The position numbers and the translations under genes were made by a program. Positions 1 through 7,060 of a stretch of DNA of 11,593 nucleotides are shown one piece after another; position 1 is the stretch's first letter; each line of letters begins with the position of its first letter. This stretch comes from a virus (Duplodnaviria > Heunggongvirae > Uroviricota > Caudoviricetes): the IMG/VR virus record IMGVR_UViG_2724679172_000001, positions 1 through 11,593 of that record; one strand, given 5' to 3'. Below the pieces are notes generated by a model. It had not been told where the DNA came from. It saw only the letters and a program-made list of their open reading frames with translations, and searched no databases.

Positions 1-55
1 GTGAGAGTCTGAAATAACCGCAAGCCGGAGATCAGCACCGGTCGCCACAATAACG

Positions 56-142
56 GGAGAGTAGGGAGCATGGTGCTCAAGCGGTCTTGAAAACCGTCCC
101 ATTGCGCAAGCGATGATGGTTCGATTCCATTACTCTCCGCCA
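56..142 (+). tRNA. tRNA-like gene, class II (long variable arm), anticodon UGA, so tRNA-Ser(UGA)-like; atypically short D-arm
   Basis: Manual fold: perfect 7-bp acceptor stem GGAGAGT (56-62) with ACTCTCC (132-138); discriminator G139; encoded CCA 140-142; T-arm GATGG / TTCGATT / CCATT (115-131) with the conserved GTTCGA box; anticodon stem 81-85 with 93-97 and 7-nt loop CTTGAAA (86-92) giving U33 then UGA; 17-nt variable arm (98-114) with a 5-bp stem. The D-arm is only a 4-bp stem with a 5-nt loop, which is unusual. G73 plus a long variable arm plus UGA are mutually consistent with Ser identity. Confidence 0.5.
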
Positions 143-388
143 GTGCAACGTTAAGAGTATTTGGCTAATTAAGCGAATGCCGGAAGCAGAACCGGATCAC
201 CAAATGCGTACAGGCGTCATCGCCGCCCAGCCAGCCAAGTGCTCTTACCATTGCGGTGAATGCGGCTAAGCGCACGCGGAACAGTTAAAACAATCCTCCT
301 TAGTGGTTAAGTCAAACATCCCGGCGTTAATTGTTAACTGGTTAACGTCACCTGGAGGCACCAGGCACCGCAACCTAATAAATACGTC

Positions 389-844
389 ATGTTTATTGAG
401 GGAAAACCAATGTTCGGTAAATTTTTCGGTAAGAAAGTCGCTTCAGCAAAAGTAGAGCTGAAAAGGGTTGAGAATCGCGATCTGATGGAGGCCATTATCG
501 GTGGCTGTTTGTTGGTGTCTGCCGCAGATGGTGAAATCGAAAAGGAAGAAACAGCGAAACTTGATCAGCTTGTCCGCTCTAATCCTCGCTTAAGTCATTT
601 TGGCAACGAAATTACCGCAACAATCACCCGATTTACTGAGCAACTGGAAGCTGGTTTCCGTGTTGGTCGCATGAATATCCTTCGCGAAATTGAAGATATC
701 AAAAATGATCCAAAAGAAGCGGAAGAAGTATTCGTTAACATGCTGACGATTGCAGAAGCGGACGGTGAAATCGAGCCAGCAGAACACAAAGTACTGGAAG
801 AAGTAGGCCGTCGTTTGGGCCTTCGTGTGGAAGATTATCTGTAA
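389..844 (+). CDS. TerB-family (tellurite-resistance TerB-like) protein; resembles the TciA-type gene of P1-like phages. Likely true start is the ATG at 410.
   Basis: ORF in the track. Acidic protein with two ADGEIE-type motifs (AADGEIEKEE, AEADGEIEPAE) typical of TerB domains as I recall them. The second in-frame ATG at 410 has an RBS-like GAGGGA at 398-403 with 6-nt spacing, giving MFGKFFGKK. Sits next to tRNA genes, as the P1 tciA region does. Confidence 0.65.
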   Translation: MFIEGKPMFGKFFGKKVASAKVELKRVENRDLMEAIIGGCLLVSAADGEIEKEETAKLDQLVRSNPRLSHFGNEITATITRFTEQLEAGFRVGRMNILREIEDIKNDPKEAEEVFVNMLTIAEADGEIEPAEHKVLEEVGRRLGLRVEDYL

Positions 845-1008
845 TGATTGGCAAGGCGCGTATTGCGTGCGCCATTGGTTTTCTCGTTTTGTCCGTGCTG
901 GTGGATTTCACCAGCAAAGTGATGTCGGTGTTGGCTGATGGGGCACTGGTTTCAGTAGCTGTGGTATTGCTATTGCCGATTATTAAAGCTGCGTTCAGGA
1001 ACTCATGA
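844..1008 (+). CDS. small hydrophobic protein (54 aa, MIGKARIACAIGFLVLSVLVDFTSKVMSVLADGALVSVAVVLLLPIIKAAFRNS), putative membrane peptide
   Basis: Hand-translated; below the length cutoff of the ORF track. Its ATG (844-846) overlaps the TAA stop (842-844) of the TerB-like gene, suggesting translational coupling. Predicted transmembrane-like hydrophobic stretches. Positional analogy to the small tciB/tciC genes of P1 is an inference. Confidence 0.35.
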   Translation: MIGKARIACAIGFLVLSVLVDFTSKVMSVLADGALVSVAVVLLLPIIKAAFRNS

Positions 1009-1118
1009 TGGATTTTTGGACGTATATTGATAAGAACCCTGGATGGTCTTTGCTATTTCTGCTTGTGATCGTATACGGAGTAGAACAAGTAGCGAAGAAT
1101 CTCAGGCGTCGAAAATAA
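1005..1118 (+). CDS. small hydrophobic protein (37 aa, MMDFWTYIDKNPGWSLLFLLVIVYGVEQVAKNLRRRK)
   Basis: Hand-translated. ATG at 1005 overlaps the end of the preceding small ORF (ATGA overlap with the TGA at 1006-1008). One hydrophobic helix followed by a basic tail. Ends 9 nt before the tRNA. Confidence 0.3.
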   Translation: MMDFWTYIDKNPGWSLLFLLVIVYGVEQVAKNLRRRK

Positions 1119-1127
1119 AAACTAATT

Positions 1128-1203
1128 GGCCCCTTAGCTCAGTGGTTAGAGCTGGCGACTCATAATCGCACGGTCACCGGTTCAAGTCCGGTAGGGGCCA
1201 CCA
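1128..1203 (+). tRNA. tRNA with CAU anticodon; closely resembles enterobacterial tRNA-Ile2 (ileX/ileY type, lysidine-modified to read AUA); would be typed Met(CAT) by anticodon alone
   Basis: 76 nt: GGCCCCTTAGCTCAGTGGTTAGAG...GACTCATAATCGC...GGTTCAAGTCCGGTAGGGGCCACCA. 7-bp acceptor stem GGCCCCT with AGGGGCC, canonical D-arm, anticodon loop CTCATAA, T-arm GGTTCAAGTCC, encoded CCA. The 5' half matches E. coli ileX/ileY as I recall them. P1-like phages are known to carry a tRNA for the rare AUA codon. Confidence 0.85.
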
Positions 1204-1656
1204 TATTTGGTTGTAACACGGCGTATGGCACATGCGTCGTTAGCGGTCTGGTGACGTTAAAGGGGTTACCTTTTCCCCTAGCTCAGGCAACAAACCAGGT
1301 AGCCGGAATGTGCAAGCCCCGTTCATATCGTCGGACCGAGGACTCACCATCCTGGCGATTCGGTGTGACAGCCGGAAGAGTACGGCGCACAACAGGAAAA
1401 GGCGTTTAATTAGCGTGAGCGCCGTTTCCGTTGTGGTAATTGCGGCTATGCGCTCGTGACGAAGCCATTTTCATTCACTACGTTCTGATAAGTGACGTCG
1501 CCAGGAGTGGCTAACCTGGCAGGTGGAGGCACCACCGCCACAACTCCTTTCAATTCATCATATAGCCGCTCAGGCTGTAACCCTTAATTAATACGAAGTT
1601 TCGACATCTCTATCGGTTTAACCGAGGGATGGTCGCGCGTGTAAAAAGGAGACGTT

Positions 1657-2232
1657 ATGTTAACGGCGAACGATAACGCGTATGCAGAAGCAGATCTCAT
1701 ATTGAGTGACTTCATCGGTCAGCGGGAACGCTGGACACAAAAGCGAGAGGAACTTTATGCCTCGTTAGTTCGCAAAGGTGTCAACATTGAAACCGCTCAA
1801 AGCGGCGATATGACGGTAGTCAGTGTTGGATTACATGGTGTGAGCGTGTCCGCAGCCAATCATGAGCCATACGTAGCGTTATCAGAGTCGATGGCAAGGC
1901 TAATTAAGTTTCTGAAGCAAACAGAAGCCAATAATGTTTTCATCGCCAAAAAGAACATCAATTTTTCTGCCGCCGTGTTCTGGATGATGAAGGGGCTTGA
2001 CGCCCGCCGGGCATCATGGCCTAAAGGGAGCTATATGTCGATGTTCCGTGGCAGTATAGGCAGCAAAGAAAAGCTCGTCGAATTCCTGCCGGAAGAAGCA
2101 TTCGATATTGTGGAAGGGTGCGATGTGATGGTTATGCCTCGGCTGGTAATGATGAATGGAGACTTACAGGCACAGACAGACTGGTTCGCCACTGGCGTGG
2201 ATATTATCGCGACTGACTGGGAGGCATTCTGA
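1657..2232 (+). CDS. hypothetical protein (191 aa); C-terminal ~90 aa is a DUF2829/Tad2-like domain paralogous to the C-terminus of the 9880-10542 product
   Basis: ORF with a strong RBS (AAGGAG at 1645-1650). C-terminal FSAAVFWMMKGLDARRASWPKGSY ... DWFATGVDIIATDWEAF aligns with FSDALMWLKDGKKVARRGWNGENQF ... PWVPSVGDLLACDWFVVE of the 220-aa ORF. The shared pattern FS-A--W-K-G--ARR--W--G ... W---V-D--A-DW is visible directly; the DUF2829 name is from memory. Confidence 0.6.
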   Translation: MLTANDNAYAEADLILSDFIGQRERWTQKREELYASLVRKGVNIETAQSGDMTVVSVGLHGVSVSAANHEPYVALSESMARLIKFLKQTEANNVFIAKKNINFSAAVFWMMKGLDARRASWPKGSYMSMFRGSIGSKEKLVEFLPEEAFDIVEGCDVMVMPRLVMMNGDLQAQTDWFATGVDIIATDWEAF

Positions 2233-2624
2233 TGTACGAGACCACAAAATTAAGCATTCACGAAGTATCCAATGTGGAGTGGAATATCGTCACCTGTAAG
2301 ATTGTATCGTGTAATGCTGCGCGTACTGATGCAGGCCATAAGAGCACGATAACAGGCTACATGGTAATGGCTTATAGGGGATTGAGAGTTCGCTTTATCT
2401 GGAAAGCTCGGCAATTGACACCATTCAGAGAGCCGTCAATGCCATTAGAGGTAGAACAGGATTATTTAAGCCTGCCGGAAATAGACGGTGCAACGCTGGT
2501 GGATTCTGATGGTCGTAAGGCTGATTTTGAAGTCAGCTTAAAGGTGGCGCAGGCCGTAATTAATAACTCACGTGGTAAGTGGATCGCTAAGGTAAAACAC
2601 GTCGTTCGCTTATCTCGCTGGTAG
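2232..2624 (+). CDS. hypothetical protein (130 aa), translationally coupled to the upstream ORF
   Basis: ATG at 2232 overlaps the TGA stop at 2230-2232 of the preceding ORF (TGATG). No motif recognised. Confidence 0.5.
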   Translation: MYETTKLSIHEVSNVEWNIVTCKIVSCNAARTDAGHKSTITGYMVMAYRGLRVRFIWKARQLTPFREPSMPLEVEQDYLSLPEIDGATLVDSDGRKADFEVSLKVAQAVINNSRGKWIAKVKHVVRLSRW

Positions 2625-2732
2625 TGTTAGATGAATGGAATTAATTTTCTAATATAACCAACTTTTTGCCAGTCTATACAGAAATAACATTCTCATTATC
2701 ATCCCCTCGGTCATTTCCTGCCTGGGGGATTA

Positions 2733-3125
2733 ATGGAGCATATCAGCAGCGCAGAAATTGCGGATATCATGATTAGGGCTGACTGCTATCTGACAGTCAC
2801 CGAAATCACCACTCTAGCTAAAGAAAAATATCCTCACCTTCATGTTTCACGCGTAAGTGTAACCAACATCATTCGGCATTTTGTGCGGTCAAGCCGAGCT
2901 ATTTGTGAGCTTGATGATCGTGTTTACCCACGGAAATACTGGTTGCATGGCCTGAACGGATATCAGTTCAAGGTGCGCGGGCGCACGCCTGAATACGGTA
3001 GCTTACTGGTTAAAAACTGTAGCAGGAAATCAGTCGAACAGGCGCGAAAAGAGCAACGAGAGCTGGTGGACATGGCGAATAAGCTGTGGAATGCCGCCGT
3101 TAAAAAGCGTGGTGTTGCTTTATGA
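2733..3125 (+). CDS. putative winged-helix DNA-binding protein; positional candidate for an Lpa-like late-promoter activator immediately upstream of pacA
   Basis: RBS GGGGGA 5 nt upstream of the ATG; stop overlaps the pacA start (ATGA at 3122-3125). Sequence LTVTEITTLAKEKYPHLHVSRVSVTNIIRH looks like an HTH. In P1, lpa lies directly upstream of pacA. The function is by synteny only. Confidence 0.45.
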   Translation: MEHISSAEIADIMIRADCYLTVTEITTLAKEKYPHLHVSRVSVTNIIRHFVRSSRAICELDDRVYPRKYWLHGLNGYQFKVRGRTPEYGSLLVKNCSRKSVEQARKEQRELVDMANKLWNAAVKKRGVAL

Positions 3126-4486
3126 GTCTGGTTAATTGGGAGGAGCACCGCGCCCGCTTTATAGCGTTGCGTGAAGAAAAAGGGATCACTGTAAAGGAAT
3201 ACTGTGAGGAGCATGGCCTTAGCTTCAATACAGCCAGAAAGCATCTCAATATGAAAAAAAATGAGGTGCGGTCGCAGGTAAAGACAACAAAAAAAAGCAC
3301 CAAATCACCTGAAAAAAAACGGGCGGGAAGAGCAACAAAAAAGCTGGAAGAGGGTGCAGAAAAAACAAAATTTACAGAAATTGACAATTCGCAGGGCGCA
3401 GGTTCTTTCCGAAGTATGCCGAGAAAGAAAACTTCGGATCATGAAAATAATGCAAATAATAACAATGAGATAAAAGAATCTGTCAGGAGATCATTGCGCG
3501 AAAAAATGGCGAAAATGATCCCCGAAGAAGATAAAAGCGCCCCAAAAATTGAGGGATCTTCAGCAATGATCCCTGGCGGTGCTGTGCAGCGTGCCACATT
3601 GCCCACTACGAATGTGGCTCGCGATATGATGAAGAACGGCGCAGAAGAACACCTGCGGTTAGCAATTCAAATGGCGCAAGAGCGCGCACTTCAGTATCAA
3701 AGCATTGTTGATCAGGAGGCCGAACGTCTACAGGCGGAAATAGACGCCTTGGGCGATAAAGAGCCAGAAGGAATGCACCCTGGGCAGCGCCTTCTCGGTC
3801 TAATCAGTGACGCTGCCTACTACATGAATGATTTTATCAGTAGGTTGGCAGCTATATATCAGTCCGAACAAAAGCTGCGACAGGGGGATGAAAAGCTTCG
3901 TCAGAGCGCTCGCCAGCAAGCATTCAAAGAGGCTGAGGCCAGAGAAAAACTCGAATTAGCACGCCTACAGGCCGAACAGCGTGGCAAAGAGATTGAATAT
4001 CGCATTGGCGCTGACGCACGCGCAGCCAGAGTTATCGCCGCCGCTATACGTATGCGTGAGCGCGAGGAACTGGATGATATCGGTGTTGCTGAATACATCG
4101 AGCGCCAGGGGGTCAGCGTCCCGGCTATCCTCGCGGCGCGCGCGGCGAAAGCTATCACTCTTCTCGAACCACCTGTTTCTGACGTCAATGATGTTGATGA
4201 TGAACAGCTGGACAAAGAGGCAAGGGAGTTTGCGACGCTTCAGGCTAACCATCCGCAATGGCTGGCAGAGCGCCGGGCGGATGTGGCAACCATTGTTGAA
4301 GAATTGGGGTGCGGAGATTACGACCGCAATGGCGAGCGTAAAGCTGGAGAATTCGAGGCCAACGACGAAGAGCTGGATATTGACCCTTCGGCAACGGCTG
4401 AAATTTACGGTGATTATGATGCATCTGATGCAGGGTATGACGCCGGAGATGAAGATATCGCGATAGAACCGCCGGAGGATGATTAA
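3122..4486 (+). CDS. pacA: terminase small (pac-recognition) subunit, PacA-like
   Basis: N-terminus MSLVNWEEHRARFIALREEKGITVKEYCEEHGLSFNTARKHL follows the HTH pattern of the P1 PacA N-terminus as I recall it (W--H--F--L---G-T---Y--E--L--NTAR--L). Long acidic C-terminus. Immediately upstream of, and translationally coupled to, the large terminase gene (TAATG at 4484-4488). Contains a GATC-hexamer cluster. Confidence 0.8.
   Translation: MSLVNWEEHRARFIALREEKGITVKEYCEEHGLSFNTARKHLNMKKNEVRSQVKTTKKSTKSPEKKRAGRATKKLEEGAEKTKFTEIDNSQGAGSFRSMPRKKTSDHENNANNNNEIKESVRRSLREKMAKMIPEEDKSAPKIEGSSAMIPGGAVQRATLPTTNVARDMMKNGAEEHLRLAIQMAQERALQYQSIVDQEAERLQAEIDALGDKEPEGMHPGQRLLGLISDAAYYMNDFISRLAAIYQSEQKLRQGDEKLRQSARQQAFKEAEAREKLELARLQAEQRGKEIEYRIGADARAARVIAAAIRMREREELDDIGVAEYIERQGVSVPAILAARAAKAITLLEPPVSDVNDVDDEQLDKEAREFATLQANHPQWLAERRADVATIVEELGCGDYDRNGERKAGEFEANDEELDIDPSATAEIYGDYDASDAGYDAGDEDIAIEPPEDD
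3436..3714. other. candidate pac (packaging initiation) site: cluster of Dam-site hexamers (NGATCN) inside pacA
   Basis: GATC-containing hexamers at 3436-3441 GGATCA, 3488-3493 AGATCA, 3516-3521 TGATCC, 3554-3559 GGATCT, 3567-3572 TGATCC and 3709-3714 TGATCA; five of them fall within 137 bp. The P1 pac site is known to lie within the 5' part of pacA and to consist of clustered TGATCA/G hexamers whose methylation controls cleavage. Confidence 0.45.
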
Positions 4487-5994
4487 TGGCTGGAGGGCGC
4501 AAGATTAAATGCGTCACCAGCGATCCACGCTGGCGCGATATGGTAATCAAATACCGCTACAACTTTACCCAGGCTGTTGTCGATATTTTTGGGATGTTCC
4601 CCTCCCACCAGCAGCAGCAGATCATTCAGTCCGTGCAGGAAACGGGGAGTAGGACGACCGTCACGTCCGGACACGGAACTGGGAAGTCGTCCCTTACCGC
4701 GATGTTGCTGTTGATTTTTATGATCCTGTTCCCCGATGCCCGTGTCATCATTGTTGCTAACAAGATAGGCCAGGTAAAAACAGGCGTATTCAAATACGTT
4801 AAACAGTATTGGGCGAATGCAGTTAAGCGTCATGGGTGGTTGCAGACCTATTTTGTCCTCTCTGACACCATGTTTTATGAGCGCTCCCGTAAGGGGATTT
4901 GGGAAGTTCTCTGCAAAGGTTATCGACTCGGCAACGAAGAAGCGCTGGCGGGGGAACATGCGGCACATTTGCTTCTAATTCTGGATGAAGCATCTGGTAT
5001 ATCTGATAAGGCGATCGGCGTAATGACCGGTGCTCTTACTGAAGAAGATAACCGGATGTTGATGCTATCCCAGCCAACAAGGCCAAGTGGTTATTTCTAC
5101 GATTCGCACCATTCTCAAGCAAAAACCCCAGACAACCCGAAAGGGATCTGGACAGCAATTGTTCTTAACTCGGAAGAATCACCGTTCGTCACACCACAAT
5201 TCATCAGGCAGAAGCTTCTGGAATATGGTGGGCGCGATTCTATTGAGTATATGGTCAAGGTGCTTGGTCAGTTCCCACGAGAAATTAACGGCTATTTGCT
5301 TGGTCGTGATGAATGCGATCGCGCTGCTCGCCGCAAGGTGTTGTTGGAGAAAAACTGGGGATGGGTGGCAACGGCTGACGTTGGTAATGGGCGAGATAAG
5401 TCGGTCCTCAACATCTGCAAGGTATCTGGTCACAGGGATAAGCGGCGCGTTGTTAACTTTAAGGTAATGGAGATGCCTGGCACTATGGACCCATTGGCCT
5501 TTGCTGACTTTATATATAACGAATGTACGCCGGAAAAATACCCGAATATAACAATCGCGGTTGATGCCGATGGTTTTGGTTCTGATACGTGTGCGCAGTT
5601 GGTACGTCGTGGTGCGAACCCGGTACGTATTCGGTGGGGAAAACCCATGTTTGCGAACAAAGACAGGGAGCGATTTGTTAATCAGCGTGCCTACGCAAAT
5701 ATTATGGCGCGTGATGCCATAAAGTCAGGGCGTATGCGGATAGACAGTGACCCTAAAACGGCAGAGCAAGCGTCAAAAATCCCCTTTTTACTGAATGAGG
5801 AAGGGAAAATGGCGATGATGCGCAAAGAGCACATGCGGCAAAAGCTAAACATCAAATCGCCTGACCGATGGGATACCTACTGCTTCACTATGCTGGTGGA
5901 CTATGTGCCTGCTAATGAAGATATTGGTGCCGAAATGGCAACTTTCCGAGATCAGGTTCTGGCGGATATCGAAATGCCGGATCTGGATATATAA
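4486..5994 (+). CDS. pacB: terminase large subunit (ATPase/nuclease), PacB-like
   Basis: Walker A VTSGHGTGKSS, Walker B LLLILDEASG, ~500 aa, directly downstream of and coupled to pacA. Gene order matches the P1 pacA-pacB arrangement. Confidence 0.85.
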   Translation: MAGGRKIKCVTSDPRWRDMVIKYRYNFTQAVVDIFGMFPSHQQQQIIQSVQETGSRTTVTSGHGTGKSSLTAMLLLIFMILFPDARVIIVANKIGQVKTGVFKYVKQYWANAVKRHGWLQTYFVLSDTMFYERSRKGIWEVLCKGYRLGNEEALAGEHAAHLLLILDEASGISDKAIGVMTGALTEEDNRMLMLSQPTRPSGYFYDSHHSQAKTPDNPKGIWTAIVLNSEESPFVTPQFIRQKLLEYGGRDSIEYMVKVLGQFPREINGYLLGRDECDRAARRKVLLEKNWGWVATADVGNGRDKSVLNICKVSGHRDKRRVVNFKVMEMPGTMDPLAFADFIYNECTPEKYPNITIAVDADGFGSDTCAQLVRRGANPVRIRWGKPMFANKDRERFVNQRAYANIMARDAIKSGRMRIDSDPKTAEQASKIPFLLNEEGKMAMMRKEHMRQKLNIKSPDRWDTYCFTMLVDYVPANEDIGAEMATFRDQVLADIEMPDLDI

Positions 5995-5996
5995 AA

Positions 5997-6013
5997 GCCC
6001 CGCGATGCGGGGC
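5997..6013. terminator. GC-rich hairpin between convergent genes (pacB on plus, 345-aa gene on minus); likely bidirectional intrinsic terminator
   Basis: GCCCCGC (5997-6003), loop GAT, GCGGGGC (6007-6013): perfect 7-bp stem. An A-run lies just upstream on the plus strand, which is a U-tract for minus-strand transcripts. Confidence 0.5.
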
Positions 6014-6022
6014 CGGTTGTGA

Positions 6023-7060
6023 TTACCAGAGCTTCGCGGCGTACTGCGTTTGGGGGAATGTGTATCCGTAACGTTCTTCGATTGCTTTGCCGTATTTTTT
6101 ACGAGCTTCATTCAGTTTAATGCCGGTCAGGTCGTCTCCAGAGGCCATCATTACGTCTAACAATTCCAGATCCATTTTATCCAACCTTGCCATTGCTTCA
6201 CGTGATGTACGTATCTTACGTTCAATGATATGGCGAATAGCCGGATCGGCATCCTCCAGCATCTTAGCGGATTTCTGCTTAAGGCTTTCATTGCGAATAT
6301 CGATGTTCCTTAAGATGTACGACTTCGCAACGTAGCTTGGCTGGTGTTTTTCCAGGTCACGAACACGATATAAGTTAAAATCGCCGAGAAGGCTGCATGG
6401 TACCGATTCGACGCCAGAATAAATTGTAATGCTCCGGCGTTCACCAACATTATTGACAACGGGGATCGTTGTCTTCGGTAGTCTTGCGAAAACCAATGCG
6501 CCATGTGCGCCAACTCTAAAGCGAGAAAGGGCATTGCTGCCTTCGATGTTTGTTGTCAGCACAACATCTGTATATGCCTCTTTACGCGCCCGGTAGATCT
6601 CGCCTTCAGGCTCAGCTTCAAAGAAGCGCTGTTCTTCTTCAAGAGCACCTACGATTTGAGAAAAAACCCTATTTTTCAGGCTTTTCTTTATGATTTTGTC
6701 GTATTTTTTTAGCAATTGTTCACGTGTAAATGTACGTGTTGTTGTAGCGCTTTGCACAACGACATGCGTGCTTTGATTGGTGTCCTCAATGATGAATGGG
6801 ATCGGAGAATATACAGACTCAACAATGTTCGACGCTTTGCCGTCGGCATCGCGGCACATGTCAACGAAGGCTTTCCATTCAGCAAGACATTTTTCAGCTT
6901 CTTCTAATATGTTTTGGTCATGCGTTAATGCAACATGGCGGAATTCCTCGCCAGCATAACTGGTATCATGGAAAACAGAGTTTGCGACCACCAGCTCTTT
7001 CCACCGTTCAGCGGTTTGCAGGAACCGTTTGTACTCTTTCTCGATCGACTTCTTACTCAT
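6023..7060 (-). CDS. hypothetical protein (345 aa) occupying the position of the P1 c1 immunity repressor (convergent with pacB, adjacent to the lox-type site); function unassigned
   Basis: Long ORF on the minus strand with an RBS-like AGGAAT before the ATG (reverse complement of 7061-7071). No catalytic motif recognised. I could not see convincing similarity to the P1 C1 sequence as I remember it. Looks somewhat more AT-rich than its neighbours by eye. Confidence 0.65.
   Translation of the reverse strand: MSKKSIEKEYKRFLQTAERWKELVVANSVFHDTSYAGEEFRHVALTHDQNILEEAEKCLAEWKAFVDMCRDADGKASNIVESVYSPIPFIIEDTNQSTHVVVQSATTTRTFTREQLLKKYDKIIKKSLKNRVFSQIVGALEEEQRFFEAEPEGEIYRARKEAYTDVVLTTNIEGSNALSRFRVGAHGALVFARLPKTTIPVVNNVGERRSITIYSGVESVPCSLLGDFNLYRVRDLEKHQPSYVAKSYILRNIDIRNESLKQKSAKMLEDADPAIRHIIERKIRTSREAMARLDKMDLELLDVMMASGDDLTGIKLNEARKKYGKAIEERYGYTFPQTQYAAKLW

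Noticed and set aside
374-382. CTAATAAAT core resembling the centre of the P1 C1 operator
   Set aside because: Only about 10 of 17 positions match the operator consensus as I recall it and no second copy was found near the c1-position gene; too weak to call an operator.
590-917. Minus-strand ORFs antisense to the TerB-like gene (590-787, 595-789, 735-917)
   Set aside because: Antisense to a motif-supported gene; no start context.
1128-1203. tRNA as the attachment site of an integrated genomic island
   Set aside because: No tRNA-targeting integrase and no direct repeat of the tRNA 3' end were seen; the recombinase present is Cre-family and acts on its own rox site. The tRNA is flanked on both sides by phage-type genes, so it is more likely phage-encoded cargo.
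1261-1283. GGGG ... CCCC hairpin just downstream of the tRNA as a terminator
   Set aside because: Only a 4-bp stem with a 9-nt loop and no following T-tract.
354-1534. Repeated 10-mer GGAGGCACCA at 354-363 and 1525-1534
   Set aside because: A single shared 10-mer in 11.6 kb is expected by chance many times over; the flanking sequence does not extend the match.
3901-4968. Several ORFs overlapping pacA and pacB on the opposite strand or in other frames (3901-4215 minus, 3965-4258 minus, 3981-4466 plus, 4245-4550 minus, 4483-4968 minus)
   Set aside because: They lie entirely within well-supported terminase genes, have no RBS context and Arg/Ser/Pro-rich low-complexity translations typical of shadow frames.
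5087-5660. ORFs 5087-5467 plus, 5179-5433 minus and 5430-5660 minus inside pacB
   Set aside because: Out-of-frame or antisense to the large terminase ORF, which carries intact Walker motifs; no independent support.
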